Assembly: GCA_948527295.1 (NCBI GenBank)
Contig: CAOSWK010000002.1
Coordinates: forward strand, 72,416-136,415
Length of the DNA stretch: 64,000 nucleotides
Direction: 5' to 3'
Source: an uncultured Eubacteriales bacterium
GTDB taxonomy: Bacteria; Bacillota; Clostridia; Oscillospirales; Acutalibacteraceae
The notes under the pieces are model-generated. The model worked only from the letters and a program-made list of their open reading frames with translations, was not told the DNA's origin and ran no database searches. The translations under genes were made by a program, and so were the position numbers. Within the stretch, counting starts at the first letter, position 1; each line of letters starts with the position of its first letter. Of this stretch, positions 47,263-60,746 are shown in pieces.

Positions 47263-49031
47263 CAAAAATCCTCCCTCTTTAATGTTGACCCGATCTCCTC
47301 CGACATCGCCCGCGCTATGCTATCGTACTCATTTTTACTTTCTAAATTAGAAATATACTTAAATCGCCCAATTCGCTCTCTTACCGGCAGGCTCAGCAGC
47401 AGCTCTATCTGCGCGCCGTTTTCCAGCACTTGCCGCGCCAAATCGTAAAACTCCAAGATCAGCCTTATCATCAGGCACTGTTTGTCTATCGTCGTGTAGG
47501 CGTCCTCCTCGTGGAAGGCGTTCTGATGCAAGAAGTCCTCCCGAATCGACCGTGCCACCTCTAGCTTTAGCCTATCCTGTGCCGACAAAGCGTCCATTCC
47601 AACAAGCTTCACAATCTCCTCAAGTTCGGCCTCCTCCTGCAAAAGCCGCATCATCCGCGTCCGCAGCCGCATAAATTCCGAATCCACGTTACCATTGAAC
47701 CACTCCGACAAAGTGTCTACGTACAAGGAGTAGCTGTTTAGCCAGTTTATCGCCGGAAAATGCCGCCTGTACGCCAGCGAGGAGTCCAGCCCCCAAAAAA
47801 CCTTTACAATCCGTAAAGTCGCCTGCGCCACCGGCTCAGAGATATCCCCACCCGGCGGAGAAACCGCTCCAATAACGGATAACGCGCCCTCTCGCGGAGT
47901 TTTTCCCAAAGACATAACTCGGCCGGCACGCTCATAAAATTGCGCCAACCTGCTACCCAAATACGCCGGATATCCCTCTTCGCCGGGCATCTCTTGCAAT
48001 CGGCCGGACATTTCCCGCAATGCTTCGGCCCACCGCGAAGTTGAATCTGCCATGAGCGCCACAGAATAGCCCATGTCCCGGAAATATTCGGCAATGGTGA
48101 TGCCCGTGTATATCGAAGCTTCGCGCGCCGCGACCGGCATATCCGAAGTGTTCGCAATCAAAACCGTACGCTTCATCAAAGACTGCCCCGTTTTGGGGTC
48201 AATCAACTCCGGGAACTCATTCAAAACGTCCGTCATTTCGTTGCCGCGCTCTCCGCAACCAATGTAAACAACAATATCCGCGTCAGCCCATTTGGCCAAC
48301 TGATGCTGCACTACGGTCTTTCCGCTACCAAAAGGCCCCGGCACAGCGGCCACCCCGCCCTTAGCGATAGGAAAAAGCGTATCTATAACCCGCTGCCCCG
48401 TGATTAGCGGCATGTTGGGCGACATCTTTTTTTTGTACGGCCGGCCCACTCTAACGGGCCACTTCTGCATCAGAGTCAGCTCTCTTGCCCCTTTTTCGGT
48501 CTTTATCGTGGCGACGGCCTTATCCACCGCATAGCTGCCCTCTTTTATCGACTCAACGACGCCAAACACGCCACTTGGCACCATTATTCTGTGCTTGACC
48601 AGCTCTGTCTCTGCGACGGTTCCGATGATGTCGCCAGGTTCGACTTCTTCTCCGACCTTAACTCGAGGGACAAACGCCCATTTTTTGTCTCGCTTTAGCG
48701 CCGGCGCCTCGACTCCTCGCTTTAGATTATTCCCCGAAGCTTTCATAATGTCATCTAGCGGCCGCTGAATTCCGTCAAAAATGCTGCCAATAAGCCCCGG
48801 ACCAAGCTCCACGCTCAACGGTTCTTTTGTCGACTCTACCGGCGCGCCCGGCCCAAGCCCCGAAGTCTCTTCATAGACCTGAATCGAAGCCTTATCGCCG
48901 TGCATCTCGATAATCTCGCCGATCAAATGCTCGTCGCTAACCTTAACCACGTCAAACATATTCGCGTCCTTCATGTTTTCCGCGATAACAAGCGGCCCCG
49001 CGACCTTTTTTATAATGCCCTTGCCCATCAT
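47262..49031 (-). CDS. ntpA: V-type ATP synthase catalytic subunit A
   Basis: Walker [20 protein letters not shown], non-homologous insert typical of A subunits, 589 aa. Confidence 0.95.
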   Translation of the reverse strand: MMGKGIIKKVAGPLVIAENMKDANMFDVVKVSDEHLIGEIIEMHGDKASIQVYEETSGLGPGAPVESTKEPLSVELGPGLIGSIFDGIQRPLDDIMKASGNNLKRGVEAPALKRDKKWAFVPRVKVGEEVEPGDIIGTVAETELVKHRIMVPSGVFGVVESIKEGSYAVDKAVATIKTEKGARELTLMQKWPVRVGRPYKKKMSPNMPLITGQRVIDTLFPIAKGGVAAVPGPFGSGKTVVQHQLAKWADADIVVYIGCGERGNEMTDVLNEFPELIDPKTGQSLMKRTVLIANTSDMPVAAREASIYTGITIAEYFRDMGYSVALMADSTSRWAEALREMSGRLQEMPGEEGYPAYLGSRLAQFYERAGRVMSLGKTPREGALSVIGAVSPPGGDISEPVAQATLRIVKVFWGLDSSLAYRRHFPAINWLNSYSLYVDTLSEWFNGNVDSEFMRLRTRMMRLLQEEAELEEIVKLVGMDALSAQDRLKLEVARSIREDFLHQNAFHEEDAYTTIDKQCLMIRLILEFYDLARQVLENGAQIELLLSLPVRERIGRFKYISNLESKNEYDSIARAMSEEIGSTLKREDF

Positions 49032-49048
49032 TTCACCTGCTAACTTAT

Positions 49049-49363
49049 TTATGAAAATAAAATGTCCGTCCCCACAGCCTTTATGACGGATTCCTTCAAA
49101 GCCTTCATCCCAAGTCTGGCTTCGCCCGCCACGCCGGGGATCGGGATGATTGAAACCTGCATTTCCGCCGTGAGTTCTAGCAATTCGTCATAATCCTCGG
49201 CAATAATGGATTCCGTCAAAAATATCACCGCTAAATCCTCGTTTATCAGCCGCATTACAACGGCTCGGGCTTCCTTAGAGTCCTTTACCGGAAAAACCTC
49301 CAACCCAAGCGCCGCAAAGCCATAAATGCTGTCTCTTTCGCCAACCACCGCTATTCTATGCAT
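49049..49363 (-). CDS. V-type ATP synthase subunit F (E. hirae NtpG equivalent)
   Basis: 104-aa protein at the position between C and A. Starts IAVVG.., typical of subunit F. Confidence 0.8.
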   Translation of the reverse strand: MHRIAVVGERDSIYGFAALGLEVFPVKDSKEARAVVMRLINEDLAVIFLTESIIAEDYDELLELTAEMQVSIIPIPGVAGEARLGMKALKESVIKAVGTDILFS

Positions 49364-50339
49364 ACATCATCCGTATCCTCTCTTTTATCAAGCCGCTTTC
49401 AGCGCGATTTCGCTTGCCCGAAAGAATAATCCTAGCGACCTTTATCTCGTTCTGACGGGCCAAAATGTAAGCAATAATCGGGCCAATTGAAAAACAATCG
49501 TACTTTTCGGCCTCAATAAGCTCAATAATCCTGTTATCGCGCCAAACATCAAACCTTTGCAAAGACTCCGCAACAAAAGGCACCACGTCCGCATAAGGCG
49601 TGACCTCCAAATACTCAAGCAAGTCCGCTTGCCCCATCATTGCTACTTCTGTCAATTTCTTAACATCCAGAGAATCGCATGCAACCAACTCAGAACTCAA
49701 AAATTCGCGCCCTTTGTGCATTGCTTGGCCACGAAACACGATTTTTATATTTGCACTAGCCACAAAAAATTCCGCGTACGCTTTTATCAACCCAACTTTA
49801 GAGCCATCGCCCTCAGCTTTAATCGCATTTAGAAAGGCTTTGTCGATAATATCATCGCACAGCTGGCCGTCCTCAGTGTGGAGGAGTTTATAAAACGCTT
49901 CACGGGCAGGCTCGGTCATCCCTTGTGGCAAATTCGCGAAGTCGCCCTCTTCTACGCATTTGATCAAACGTGAAATGTCCACTGTTCCGCCCGGCATGAA
50001 GAGGTCCTTCGACAGCGACTCCGTTATATAGCCCTTTATGGCGGCCTTCAAGTTGTGATAATCTATCGGCAGCAAAATCACTCGAAATGGCTCTCTATCG
50101 GCCACTAACTCTGCCACCAGCTGCCAAAGCCTCTGTTCTTCCGCCTTCAACATAAACTGGTAGTCGCAATCAGGGCCCTTGGCGTCTAGGGTTTCGTCGC
50201 CCCAACCCTTGTCCCTTAACGCATTCACGCACTCTTCGTAAGACTCGCAAGCCATCAGCCGGCTAACGTCCTGCTCCGATAGCAAAGAGAGCTCCCGTGC
50301 CCGTATCCGCGCGACAGCATAGGTATATCGGTCCTTCAT
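49356..50339 (-). CDS. ntpC: V-type ATP synthase subunit C (d-type)
   Basis: 327-aa all-helical protein (YAVARIRARE N-terminus) at the canonical position. Confidence 0.8.
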   Translation of the reverse strand: MKDRYTYAVARIRARELSLLSEQDVSRLMACESYEECVNALRDKGWGDETLDAKGPDCDYQFMLKAEEQRLWQLVAELVADREPFRVILLPIDYHNLKAAIKGYITESLSKDLFMPGGTVDISRLIKCVEEGDFANLPQGMTEPAREAFYKLLHTEDGQLCDDIIDKAFLNAIKAEGDGSKVGLIKAYAEFFVASANIKIVFRGQAMHKGREFLSSELVACDSLDVKKLTEVAMMGQADLLEYLEVTPYADVVPFVAESLQRFDVWRDNRIIELIEAEKYDCFSIGPIIAYILARQNEIKVARIILSGKRNRAESGLIKERIRMMYA

Positions 50340-50378
50340 CGCCTCGCCCCCTTCTCGTTTTAATCCGCTTTTTGAAAA

Positions 50379-50972
50379 TTACGCAAACAAAATTTCATTC
50401 ACTTCGTCGGACAACAGCTCAAAATTGCAATCAAACAGCGCATCAAAAGTGCAATTTTCTTCGATATCGCCATAAGACAAAATAAATCCGCCGGCAATGT
50501 CACGCGTTTTGGCAGAGATTTTAAGCTCTCCTCCCGCCAACTGAGCCACTTCTGCTAATCTGTCCTTAAAGCCCGCCGGTACTTTTTTCAAATCCTCTTC
50601 GCAGAAAATTATCTCGCCGCTTTGGGCACCAGCATACTTTCTGCACAACTTCAAAATTGCCTCAAAGTACTCTTCAACCGGCATCCGGCGCAGATTTTCC
50701 TTAGCCTCATTTAAAACCGAGCCGATAATCTCGCGCTTTGCATCTAAAATTTGCTCGCGTTCCTTTAATTTGCCTTTAGATTTGGCCTTTTGCAAGATGA
50801 ACTCTGCCTTGTCTTCGGCGTTCTTTATGATCAATTCTGCACGCTTTTCTGCCTCTTTTTTCGCGCTAACCAAAACTTCGCTAGCCTTGAACTTCCCCGC
50901 TGCGAGTATCATTTCGGCGTCCTTATTCGCTTCGTCATCGATGCAGCTTAATATTTTATCTAACCCAGTCAT
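50379..50972 (-). CDS. ntpE: V-type ATP synthase subunit E
   Basis: Long N-terminal charged helix then a globular C-terminus. ATG 50972 lies 9 nt after GGGAG. Confidence 0.8.
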   Translation of the reverse strand: MTGLDKILSCIDDEANKDAEMILAAGKFKASEVLVSAKKEAEKRAELIIKNAEDKAEFILQKAKSKGKLKEREQILDAKREIIGSVLNEAKENLRRMPVEEYFEAILKLCRKYAGAQSGEIIFCEEDLKKVPAGFKDRLAEVAQLAGGELKISAKTRDIAGGFILSYGDIEENCTFDALFDCNFELLSDEVNEILFA

Positions 50973-51005
50973 AGACAAAAACTCCCAACTTAGAATAAAT
51001 CCCGG

Positions 51006-53511
<2,506 letters not shown>

Positions 53512-53562
53512 AGCTGCGCAACCACCTTTTCGGCACTTATAATTGTTCTAATTTCTAATTGC

Positions 53563-53874
53563 TCAATTTACAATAGCGTTAATAACCGCTTCTATCGCTT
53601 TCTCCTTTAAACTTTCCGCCTTTTCCTTCAAGGCCTCGATATCATTTTCGCACTTTTTCATCTTCTTTTTAAAAATCTCTTCCGCGCTACTTTTAGCAAA
53701 ATTAATCCTCAGTTCTGCCTTTGCACCGGCTTCTTTAACCGCGGAGTCAACTATGCCCTGTGCTTCTTTTTTGGCCTGATTTATCATAAATTCTGCTTCT
53801 TTTTTAGCTTCTTCGTGCTTTTTGGCAGCTAAATCTTCCATATCCTTGACTGCATTTATCATATCCGAAACCAC
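53563..53874 (-). CDS. V-type ATP synthase small peripheral-stalk subunit (G/H-like; E. hirae NtpF equivalent)
   Basis: 103-aa Lys/Glu/Ala-rich helical protein, first in the operon. GTG 53874 lies 9 nt after AAAGGTGA. Confidence 0.65.
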   Translation of the reverse strand: MVSDMINAVKDMEDLAAKKHEEAKKEAEFMINQAKKEAQGIVDSAVKEAGAKAELRINFAKSSAEEIFKKKMKKCENDIEALKEKAESLKEKAIEAVINAIVN

Positions 53875-54042
53875 CGCGCACCATCACCTTTTTTACAAAC
53901 TAATTTATTATACATTAGTTTCCAAAACTTTTCAAGAAATTTTAGCGCCGCCTCTCAAATTTTGCCGCACTTGTGTTATAATAAAAGTGTACTGCATAGT
54001 TATGATTTTAAGAAGACAAAAATTAAAGGCAGGTTTGTTTTT

Positions 54043-54819
54043 ATGAATATAAACGATTCTTTTATTAACCCGCATGTGTATGTATCCTTTTTTATAAATA
54101 ATTTTTTGCCGGGGGCTTTGATTTTTTTCGTCGGATGGTTTGTTGCAAATAAGCTCATCGCTATAATAAAAGAAGCTATGGTTAAATCTCGGGTGGACGA
54201 AAGCATTATTTCCTTTTCAAATTCTGTGCTAAAAGTCATTTTTAGAGGCATAGTTATTTTAATGGTGGTCACTTGTTTTGGGGTTAATATCTCGTCCATC
54301 ATCGCAACTTTGGGAGCCGCTCTTGTTACTGTTGGCCTCGCTTTAAAAGATAACCTCTCTAACGCGGCAAGCGGCATGATCATCATTATAAACAAACCCT
54401 TTAAGATCGGGGATTCCCTAGAAACTCGCGACGTTACCGGAACCGTTACAAAAATAGAGATGCTTTCAACAACCCTAAAAACAGCGGACAACAAAGAAAT
54501 CGTCGTGCCAAACTCTAGGCTTACCGCCGACTATATCATTAACTCGAGCGTAAATTTAAAACGCCGGTTGGACATCACTTTGCCTATAAAAAAAGATACC
54601 AAATTTTCTGACATTCAAAATATTCTAGAAAACACAATTAGCAACGACGAAAATATTTTAAAAGCCCCCGCGCCGGCTGTATCCATCGGCAGTTTTAATA
54701 ATAAAACCATCGATGTTGACATTAAGGTCTGGTGCGACGCCAAAAATTATGACTCTTTAGAAAAAAATCTATGCGAGAAGATAAAATTAGAGCTCGATGA
54801 AAATAATATCAACTTTTAG
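54043..54819 (+). CDS. mscS: Small-conductance mechanosensitive channel (MscS family)
   Basis: Three N-terminal TM helices, pore-helix Gly/Ala pattern (GAALVTVGLALKD), PFKIGD beta-domain motif. Start set to ATG 54043. Confidence 0.85.
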   Translation: MNINDSFINPHVYVSFFINNFLPGALIFFVGWFVANKLIAIIKEAMVKSRVDESIISFSNSVLKVIFRGIVILMVVTCFGVNISSIIATLGAALVTVGLALKDNLSNAASGMIIIINKPFKIGDSLETRDVTGTVTKIEMLSTTLKTADNKEIVVPNSRLTADYIINSSVNLKRRLDITLPIKKDTKFSDIQNILENTISNDENILKAPAPAVSIGSFNNKTIDVDIKVWCDAKNYDSLEKNLCEKIKLELDENNINF

Positions 54820-54843
54820 CCAAAAGGTACTGGAGGTCTTAAC

Positions 54844-55446
54844 TTGAAATTTGATGCTTTTACCGCCGGGGTGAGTCTTGGCGGGCTGCGGAGTAAAAAC
54901 GATATTAAACTGCTAATTTGCTATATGCTCACCAGTGTGGGCGAGCCGCTCTCTAAGGACGAGGTCGTCTCTGTGCTGCAGGAAAACGGTCTTGCAAATT
55001 ACTTTGAGATAAACGATGCGTTCTCGGCGCTAATCGGCAGCAATAATATTGCTCCGGCCGCCGACGCTGACTCTAAGTACGTCATTACCGAGAGCGGCAA
55101 GTTAATTGCCACGCAGCTTGACACCGCTCTGCCTATTTCTATTCGAGAAAAAACTCTGGCCGCGGCGATAGATCTTTTAGCTAAGGTTAAGCGCGAAACC
55201 GAAAACACCGTCACAATAGAAGAAAAACCAAACGAATGCTATGTCTCTTGCACGGTTTCTGGCGGAGACGACCGCGACCTTTTAAATATAAAGCTCTTTG
55301 TGCCCGACTTTAAGCAAGCCTCGCTCGTTAAACGAAATTTTCAAGAAAACCCGGATTTAGTCTACTCCTGCATGTTGGCCCTTCTTACTAAAAATTCTGA
55401 CCTCGTTAAAACCGCCCTAGAAGCCATTCAACAAACTTCCAATTGA
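54844..55446 (+). CDS. DUF4364 family protein
   Basis: N-terminal DAFTAGV..GGLRSKNDIKLLICYML pattern that I associate with Clostridial DUF4364 proteins. TTG 54844 lies 6 nt after TGGAGGT. Confidence 0.55.
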   Translation: MKFDAFTAGVSLGGLRSKNDIKLLICYMLTSVGEPLSKDEVVSVLQENGLANYFEINDAFSALIGSNNIAPAADADSKYVITESGKLIATQLDTALPISIREKTLAAAIDLLAKVKRETENTVTIEEKPNECYVSCTVSGGDDRDLLNIKLFVPDFKQASLVKRNFQENPDLVYSCMLALLTKNSDLVKTALEAIQQTSN

Positions 55447-55483
55447 TTTATATTTGGATCTATAATTTTTACATAATAGAAAA

Positions 55484-55515
55484 AAGACCACGACTGTTCT
55501 CGTGGCCTTTTGTTT
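55484..55515. terminator. Bidirectional terminator between DUF4364 and ftsH
   Basis: AAGACCACG / CGTGGCCTT stem (one mismatch), 8-nt loop, flanking A-run and T-run. Confidence 0.65.
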
Positions 55516-55540
55516 GGCTTATTACACATACGTAAAATTC

Positions 55541-57406
55541 TTACTCTTCAGTCAACGGTTCTGAATCGTCGGCTTGCATTATCTGGTTGAATTCATCCTC
55601 GCCCATTTTTTCCTTCACAAAAAGCGTCTTGGCGACCTTATGAAGCTTCTCGACGTTTTCTTTTAATATCCTCTCGGCCTCATTATAGCAGTCAGATATA
55701 ATTTTCTTGACCTCGGCATCAATCTCAGCGGCGATCTTTTCGGAATAATTCTTAACCTGGCCCATGTCCCTTCCGATAAAAACTTCCTCCTTGTCGGAAT
55801 TATACGCAATCGGGCCCAACGTTGCGCTCATGCCGTACTTTGTCACCATAGAATTTGCAACCTTCGTCGCACGCTTTATGTCGCTAGAAGCGCCAGTCGA
55901 GATGTCTCCAATGATCAAATCCTCCGCAATGCGGCCGCCAAGGCAAACCTGAATGTCCTCCCTCATCTCCGAGCGAGACCTATAAGAGCGGTCCTCCGAA
56001 GGCAGCGATAAAGTGTAGCCACCAGCTGTTCCGCGCGGAATAATCGAAATTTGATGCACCGGGTCCTGAGTCTTGCAAAAGTAGGTAACAACGGCATGCC
56101 CGGCCTCGTGGTAAGCCGTGAGCGTCTTTTCTTTGTCCGTCATTACGCGGGACTTCTTCTCAGTGCCCACCACAACTTTGATGGTCGCCTCCTCAATTTC
56201 CTCCATCGTGATAGCCTTCAAATTCTTCCGAGCCGAGAGCAAAGCCGCCTCGTTCAAGAGGTTCTCAAGGTCCGCACCAGTAAACCCCGCCGTAGACTTA
56301 GCAATCGTGTTCAAAACAACGTCCGGCGCCAAAGGTTTGCCCTTCGCGTGCACCTTTAAGATGTCTTCCCGACCCTTTATGTCCGGATATCCCACCAAAA
56401 CCTGCCGATCAAACCTACCAGGCCGCATCAAAGCTGGATCCAAAACATCCGGCCGGTTAGTTGCGGCGATCATAATGACTCCCTCGTTTGCGCCAAATCC
56501 GTCCATTTCAACCAGCAGCTGGTTTAAAGTCTGCTCACGCTCATCGTGTCCTCCACCGAGGCCTGCTCCACGTTGACGTCCCACCGCGTCTATCTCATCT
56601 ATAAAAACTATGCAAGGCGAATTTTTCTTTGCCTGGTCAAAAAGATCCCGAACCCGCGAAGCTCCGACACCAACGAACATCTCAACAAAGTCCGAACCAG
56701 AAATCGAAAAGAAAGGTACCCCAGCTTCTCCCGCAACAGCGCGGGCCAAAAGCGTTTTGCCCGTTCCAGGAGGCCCAATCAGCAGCACGCCCTTAGGGAT
56801 CCTCGCCCCTAAGTCGTTGTATTTAGCAGGATTTTTCAAAAACTCAACCAGTTCCGCCAACTCTTCTTTTTCCTCGTCGGCCCCCGCCACGTCCTCAAAC
56901 GTGGTCTTTCTCTTTTCATCGTTCATGTTTTTGATCTTCGCCTTGCCAAACGTCATCGAGCGGCCGCCTTCACCCAGGCCCGACATCATGCGGCGCATCA
57001 CAAACCACCAAACAAATCCAAGGCCCACAAAAGTAAGCAAATTCAGCAAAATGCTGCTCCACCAAGAGTTCTCACTCGCGCGGATCAAGTTCTGCTTCAT
57101 CTGGGCGTCGGGGTTGTTGCTGTTGTACTCCTCAACAAAGGGCTTAATGTCCTCCCTCATCCACAGCACATTCGGCGCCGTGTACTCAATCTCTTTGTTG
57201 CCCTCTTTGAGCTTCAGCTTCATCTCTCCGGTGCCAAGGTTCATGCTGTATTCAGCAACCTTCTGGTCCTTAAAGTACCTGACAATGTCGGAGTAAACCT
57301 CAGCCCTCTGCGGCCGAGAGCCAAACAAAGTCAAGATGAAGATGATGATCAGTATCGGCACGCCGATATAAAACAGCATATTTCTAAGCATTTTTTTATT
57401 TTCCAA
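55541..57406 (-). CDS. ftsH: ATP-dependent zinc metalloprotease FtsH
   Basis: Two N-terminal TM helices, Walker A GPPGTGKT, Walker [13 protein letters not shown] region, HEAGHAV zinc site. Start ambiguous (TTG 57406 / TTG 57412 / ATG 57391). Confidence 0.93.
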   Translation of the reverse strand: MENKKMLRNMLFYIGVPILIIIFILTLFGSRPQRAEVYSDIVRYFKDQKVAEYSMNLGTGEMKLKLKEGNKEIEYTAPNVLWMREDIKPFVEEYNSNNPDAQMKQNLIRASENSWWSSILLNLLTFVGLGFVWWFVMRRMMSGLGEGGRSMTFGKAKIKNMNDEKRKTTFEDVAGADEEKEELAELVEFLKNPAKYNDLGARIPKGVLLIGPPGTGKTLLARAVAGEAGVPFFSISGSDFVEMFVGVGASRVRDLFDQAKKNSPCIVFIDEIDAVGRQRGAGLGGGHDEREQTLNQLLVEMDGFGANEGVIMIAATNRPDVLDPALMRPGRFDRQVLVGYPDIKGREDILKVHAKGKPLAPDVVLNTIAKSTAGFTGADLENLLNEAALLSARKNLKAITMEEIEEATIKVVVGTEKKSRVMTDKEKTLTAYHEAGHAVVTYFCKTQDPVHQISIIPRGTAGGYTLSLPSEDRSYRSRSEMREDIQVCLGGRIAEDLIIGDISTGASSDIKRATKVANSMVTKYGMSATLGPIAYNSDKEEVFIGRDMGQVKNYSEKIAAEIDAEVKKIISDCYNEAERILKENVEKLHKVAKTLFVKEKMGEDEFNQIMQADDSEPLTEE

Positions 57407-57487
57407 TTGCAACCCGCTCTCCTTTTTATATATAAATACCGTCAAGTTTCCCGTTAATACTGCGCTTCTGGGTATTCAGCCCCCAAA

Positions 57488-58879
57488 TTATTCTTTACCA
57501 GAAAAATAAATAATCGCCACTTTTTGAGTGTCCTCAGTAACTTTAACGCATTCAGCAATTCCCACTCCGTCGATCCACAGCACCTCGTTACCATTCGCCA
57601 CTAGCATCAGAACGTGGTCTCGTTCACTCTGCGGAATTTTAAGCTCGTTAAACAGCTTTTTTACAGTTTTAGTGACCCCTCTGCCCGCCTGGCAAAAGCG
57701 ATCTCCAGCTCTTCGTGTCCTAAAAACCGCATTCTTACCTATTTTATCATAATCCAGCGCACAAAAAAGCGGCAATTCATCGGCCTTGCCAAAATTCTCA
57801 AAGTCCCCTCTGCTCAACACCTTTATTATGAACTTTTTTAAATTTTCTGTCAAGAGATCCCCCGCTTTAAAAGGGATCACCATGTCATTTTGTGGCACGT
57901 CCGGCTTTTTTCCATTTTTTTTGACGGTCAATAAATTGTCCTTCACACAAACCGTTATTCCCCGCGGCAAATTCACCGCCCCGCGGTTAGCCTTTATCAA
58001 ACCCAAAATCAAATCTACGTGCTGAGCCGTAACATTTGACTTTAAAAACTCAAAAACAGCCAAGCGTATAAACCTAGATAAAATCGGCAACGGCTGAGTT
58101 TTAACCTTGTTTAACGCGTATACACCGGGCGAAACCAAACTTTCGTCCAAAATTTTGGCCGCAACTGCATCCAGATATTCCTCATCTGCCTTTAATAGGG
58201 AGAGCGTCCGAGCAGCTGTGGCCTCAAATTCCGGATTAATCTGCTTTAAAACCGGCACCACATCTAGCCGAATCTTGTTTCTGGTGTACTCACGATCTAA
58301 ATTTGTGCTGTCGGTAACAAAATCAACGCCGCTCTTCTCGCAATACGCCTGAGTTTCGGCTCTCCTCAAAAAAATAAACGGCCTTATAATGTTCTCTCTC
58401 TTCGGCGCAATTCCGCAAAGTCCGCTGAGACCTGTTCCTCTGGCCAAATTGATCATCATCGTCTCTATGCTGTCCGACAATGTGTGCGCCGTCGCAATTC
58501 TGCCATTATACTTACTTGCTAAATCATGAAAAAAACGATACCGCAGCGTCCTTGCGCATTCTTCAATGCTTTGGCCCATGTCTTCGGAAGCTTTCATCAC
58601 GTTCACCCGCAAAACTTCAAGCTTTATAGCGTTTTTTTCGCAGTAATTCCTAACAAAAGCCTCATCCCGGTCCGATTCATCCCCGCGCAGGCAATGATTA
58701 ACGTGAGCCGCAAAGATATTCAGCGTGTCCCTAAAGTTCTTTACAAAAAAGCTCAAAAGCGCCATAGAATCAGCTCCGCCAGAGACTCCGATAATCACGG
58801 TCTCAGCGTTCTCCAGCATCCCCTGCTTAAAAATCGCCTCGTTAATTTTTGCCTCAATGCGGCTAACTTCAGACTTCAA
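57488..58879 (-). CDS. tilS: tRNA(Ile)-lysidine synthase
   Basis: PP-loop SGGADS. TilS substrate-binding and C-terminal domains. TTG 58879 lies 9 nt after AAGGAGG inside the dnaB 3' end, an 11-nt overlap. Confidence 0.88.
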   Translation of the reverse strand: MKSEVSRIEAKINEAIFKQGMLENAETVIIGVSGGADSMALLSFFVKNFRDTLNIFAAHVNHCLRGDESDRDEAFVRNYCEKNAIKLEVLRVNVMKASEDMGQSIEECARTLRYRFFHDLASKYNGRIATAHTLSDSIETMMINLARGTGLSGLCGIAPKRENIIRPFIFLRRAETQAYCEKSGVDFVTDSTNLDREYTRNKIRLDVVPVLKQINPEFEATAARTLSLLKADEEYLDAVAAKILDESLVSPGVYALNKVKTQPLPILSRFIRLAVFEFLKSNVTAQHVDLILGLIKANRGAVNLPRGITVCVKDNLLTVKKNGKKPDVPQNDMVIPFKAGDLLTENLKKFIIKVLSRGDFENFGKADELPLFCALDYDKIGKNAVFRTRRAGDRFCQAGRGVTKTVKKLFNELKIPQSERDHVLMLVANGNEVLWIDGVGIAECVKVTEDTQKVAIIYFSGKE

Positions 58880-60263
58880 GCCGTTTTGCCTCCTTAGCCG
58901 TAAACCGCATAAACTCTCCCTGCCAGTGCAGCGGCACCGAGCGCGTTTCACCATGCCTGTTCTTCGCAATTATGCATTCACCGCTATTTCTGTCGGCGTC
59001 CTCGTCAACGTTGTCGCCGTCCTTATAGTAGTCGTTGCGGTAAAGAAACAGCACAATATCGGCATCCTGCTCGATAGAACCAGAATCACGCAAGTCCGAA
59101 AGCAAAGGCCGATGATCCGTGCGCTGTTCGCTGGCACGAGACAACTGCGACAACGTAACGACCGGCACGTTGATTTCCTTTGCCATAATTTTGAGGCTCC
59201 TCGTAATCACAGAAACCTCCTGAACCCTGTTCTCAATCCGCTTCCCGCCAGACATCAGCTGCAGATAGTCCACCACAACCAAGTCGACGTTCTTTAAACG
59301 CCTCAGTTTTGCCTTCATTTCCGATACCGTAATCCCGGGTGTGTCGTCAAAGTAAATCTCCGAGCGCGACAAAATGTCGCCCGCTTCTATAAGTCGGATC
59401 CATTCGTCGTCGGCCAACTTGCCCGTGCGCAGCTTCATCCCAGCAACCATAGCCTCTGTGGAGAGCAACCTAGAGGTAAGCTGCTCTTTCGTCATTTCAA
59501 GCGAAAAAAACGCAACCCTCTTTTTTTCTTTAACCGCAATATGACGCGCAATATTCAGCGCAAAGCTAGTTTTACCCATGCCAGGACGAGCCGCCAGCAA
59601 AATCAAGTCCGACCGATTAAGACCACTTATAGTCTCATCCAGATCCTTAATCCCCGTCGGCACACCCTGATACAGCTGATTCTCATCCGAATTCAGCCTA
59701 TCCAACCTGTCAAAAGTCTCGATAATCGTCTCGTTAATCCTCTGCAACCCCTGCATATTCTTGCCCTGGCGGATATCAAAAATCTTTTGCTCAGCCGAAT
59801 CCAGCAACGTTGCCGCGTCTCCAGCACCAGAAGAAGCGTCCTCAATTATGTCCCTCGCCGTAGTGATGAGCATGCGCACGTCATAGTTGTCCCGAACAAT
59901 GTAGGCATATGTATTCGCGTTTTTAATCGACGGCACAATTTGGGCCAACTGCAACAAATAAGTCTTCGCATTCGTCTCGTCAAAGTCGCCGTCCTTCTTT
60001 AAGTTATCAAGCACGGTGACAAAGTCGATAGGCCGCCCAAGTGTGAACATCTCAAGCATAGTGGCGTAGATCAGCTTATGGTTTGCCAAATAAAAATAAT
60101 CCGCCACCGGCAAAATCTCTATAATTCTGTCCAAACACTGCGAGTCCAGCAATATAGCGCCCAAAACCGACTGCTCTGCCTCCGCACTAAACGGCAACTT
60201 TAAGCCATCGTACCCAGAAGTAACTTTTATCTCATCCATGTCGTCCTGCTCCCTTGCGGCCAT
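58869..60263 (-). CDS. dnaB: Replicative DNA helicase
   Basis: N-terminal DnaB domain (PFSAEAEQSVLGAIL), Walker A ARPGMGKTSF, VVVDYLQLM, SQLSR. Confidence 0.95.
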   Translation of the reverse strand: MAAREQDDMDEIKVTSGYDGLKLPFSAEAEQSVLGAILLDSQCLDRIIEILPVADYFYLANHKLIYATMLEMFTLGRPIDFVTVLDNLKKDGDFDETNAKTYLLQLAQIVPSIKNANTYAYIVRDNYDVRMLITTARDIIEDASSGAGDAATLLDSAEQKIFDIRQGKNMQGLQRINETIIETFDRLDRLNSDENQLYQGVPTGIKDLDETISGLNRSDLILLAARPGMGKTSFALNIARHIAVKEKKRVAFFSLEMTKEQLTSRLLSTEAMVAGMKLRTGKLADDEWIRLIEAGDILSRSEIYFDDTPGITVSEMKAKLRRLKNVDLVVVDYLQLMSGGKRIENRVQEVSVITRSLKIMAKEINVPVVTLSQLSRASEQRTDHRPLLSDLRDSGSIEQDADIVLFLYRNDYYKDGDNVDEDADRNSGECIIAKNRHGETRSVPLHWQGEFMRFTAKEAKRLEV

Positions 60264-60278
60264 TTTTAAGCGAATCGC

Positions 60279-60725
60279 CTATTCGCCCACAACCATAACC
60301 GTCATCTTGGCGCTTATGCCGTTATACAGCTTCACCTCAAACTCATAGCTGCCAAGCGACTTAATCTCGCCATTTAAAGAGATTTTCCGCTTATCAATAG
60401 AAACATTATAATTCTTCTCAATCTCCGTAGCAACCTCCTTGGCCGTAATAGAGCCAAAAAGCCGACCTCCGTTTCCCGCCTTGGCCGATATCTTTACAAT
60501 CTTTCCATCTATAACCGCCATCTCTTCCTTTGCCTTCTTAATCTCCTCCTCAACCCGGTGCTGCATGGCCTTTTTCGCGTTATCAAGCTCGTTCAAAGCC
60601 TGTGCTGTTGCCTCTTTGGCTAATTTTTTAGGCAGCAAACAGTTCCTCGCATATCCATCCGAAACCTTGATCAAATCGCCCTTTTTGCCTCTGCCTCTCA
60701 CGTCGCTTAACAGTATCACTTGCAT
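60279..60725 (-). CDS. rplI: 50S ribosomal protein L9
   Basis: MQVILLSDVRGRGKKGDLIKVSDGYARNCLLPK. Start set to ATG 60725. Confidence 0.95.
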   Translation of the reverse strand: MQVILLSDVRGRGKKGDLIKVSDGYARNCLLPKKLAKEATAQALNELDNAKKAMQHRVEEEIKKAKEEMAVIDGKIVKISAKAGNGGRLFGSITAKEVATEIEKNYNVSIDKRKISLNGEIKSLGSYEFEVKLYNGISAKMTVMVVGE

Positions 60726-60746
60726 CGTCAACACTCCCAAAATCAA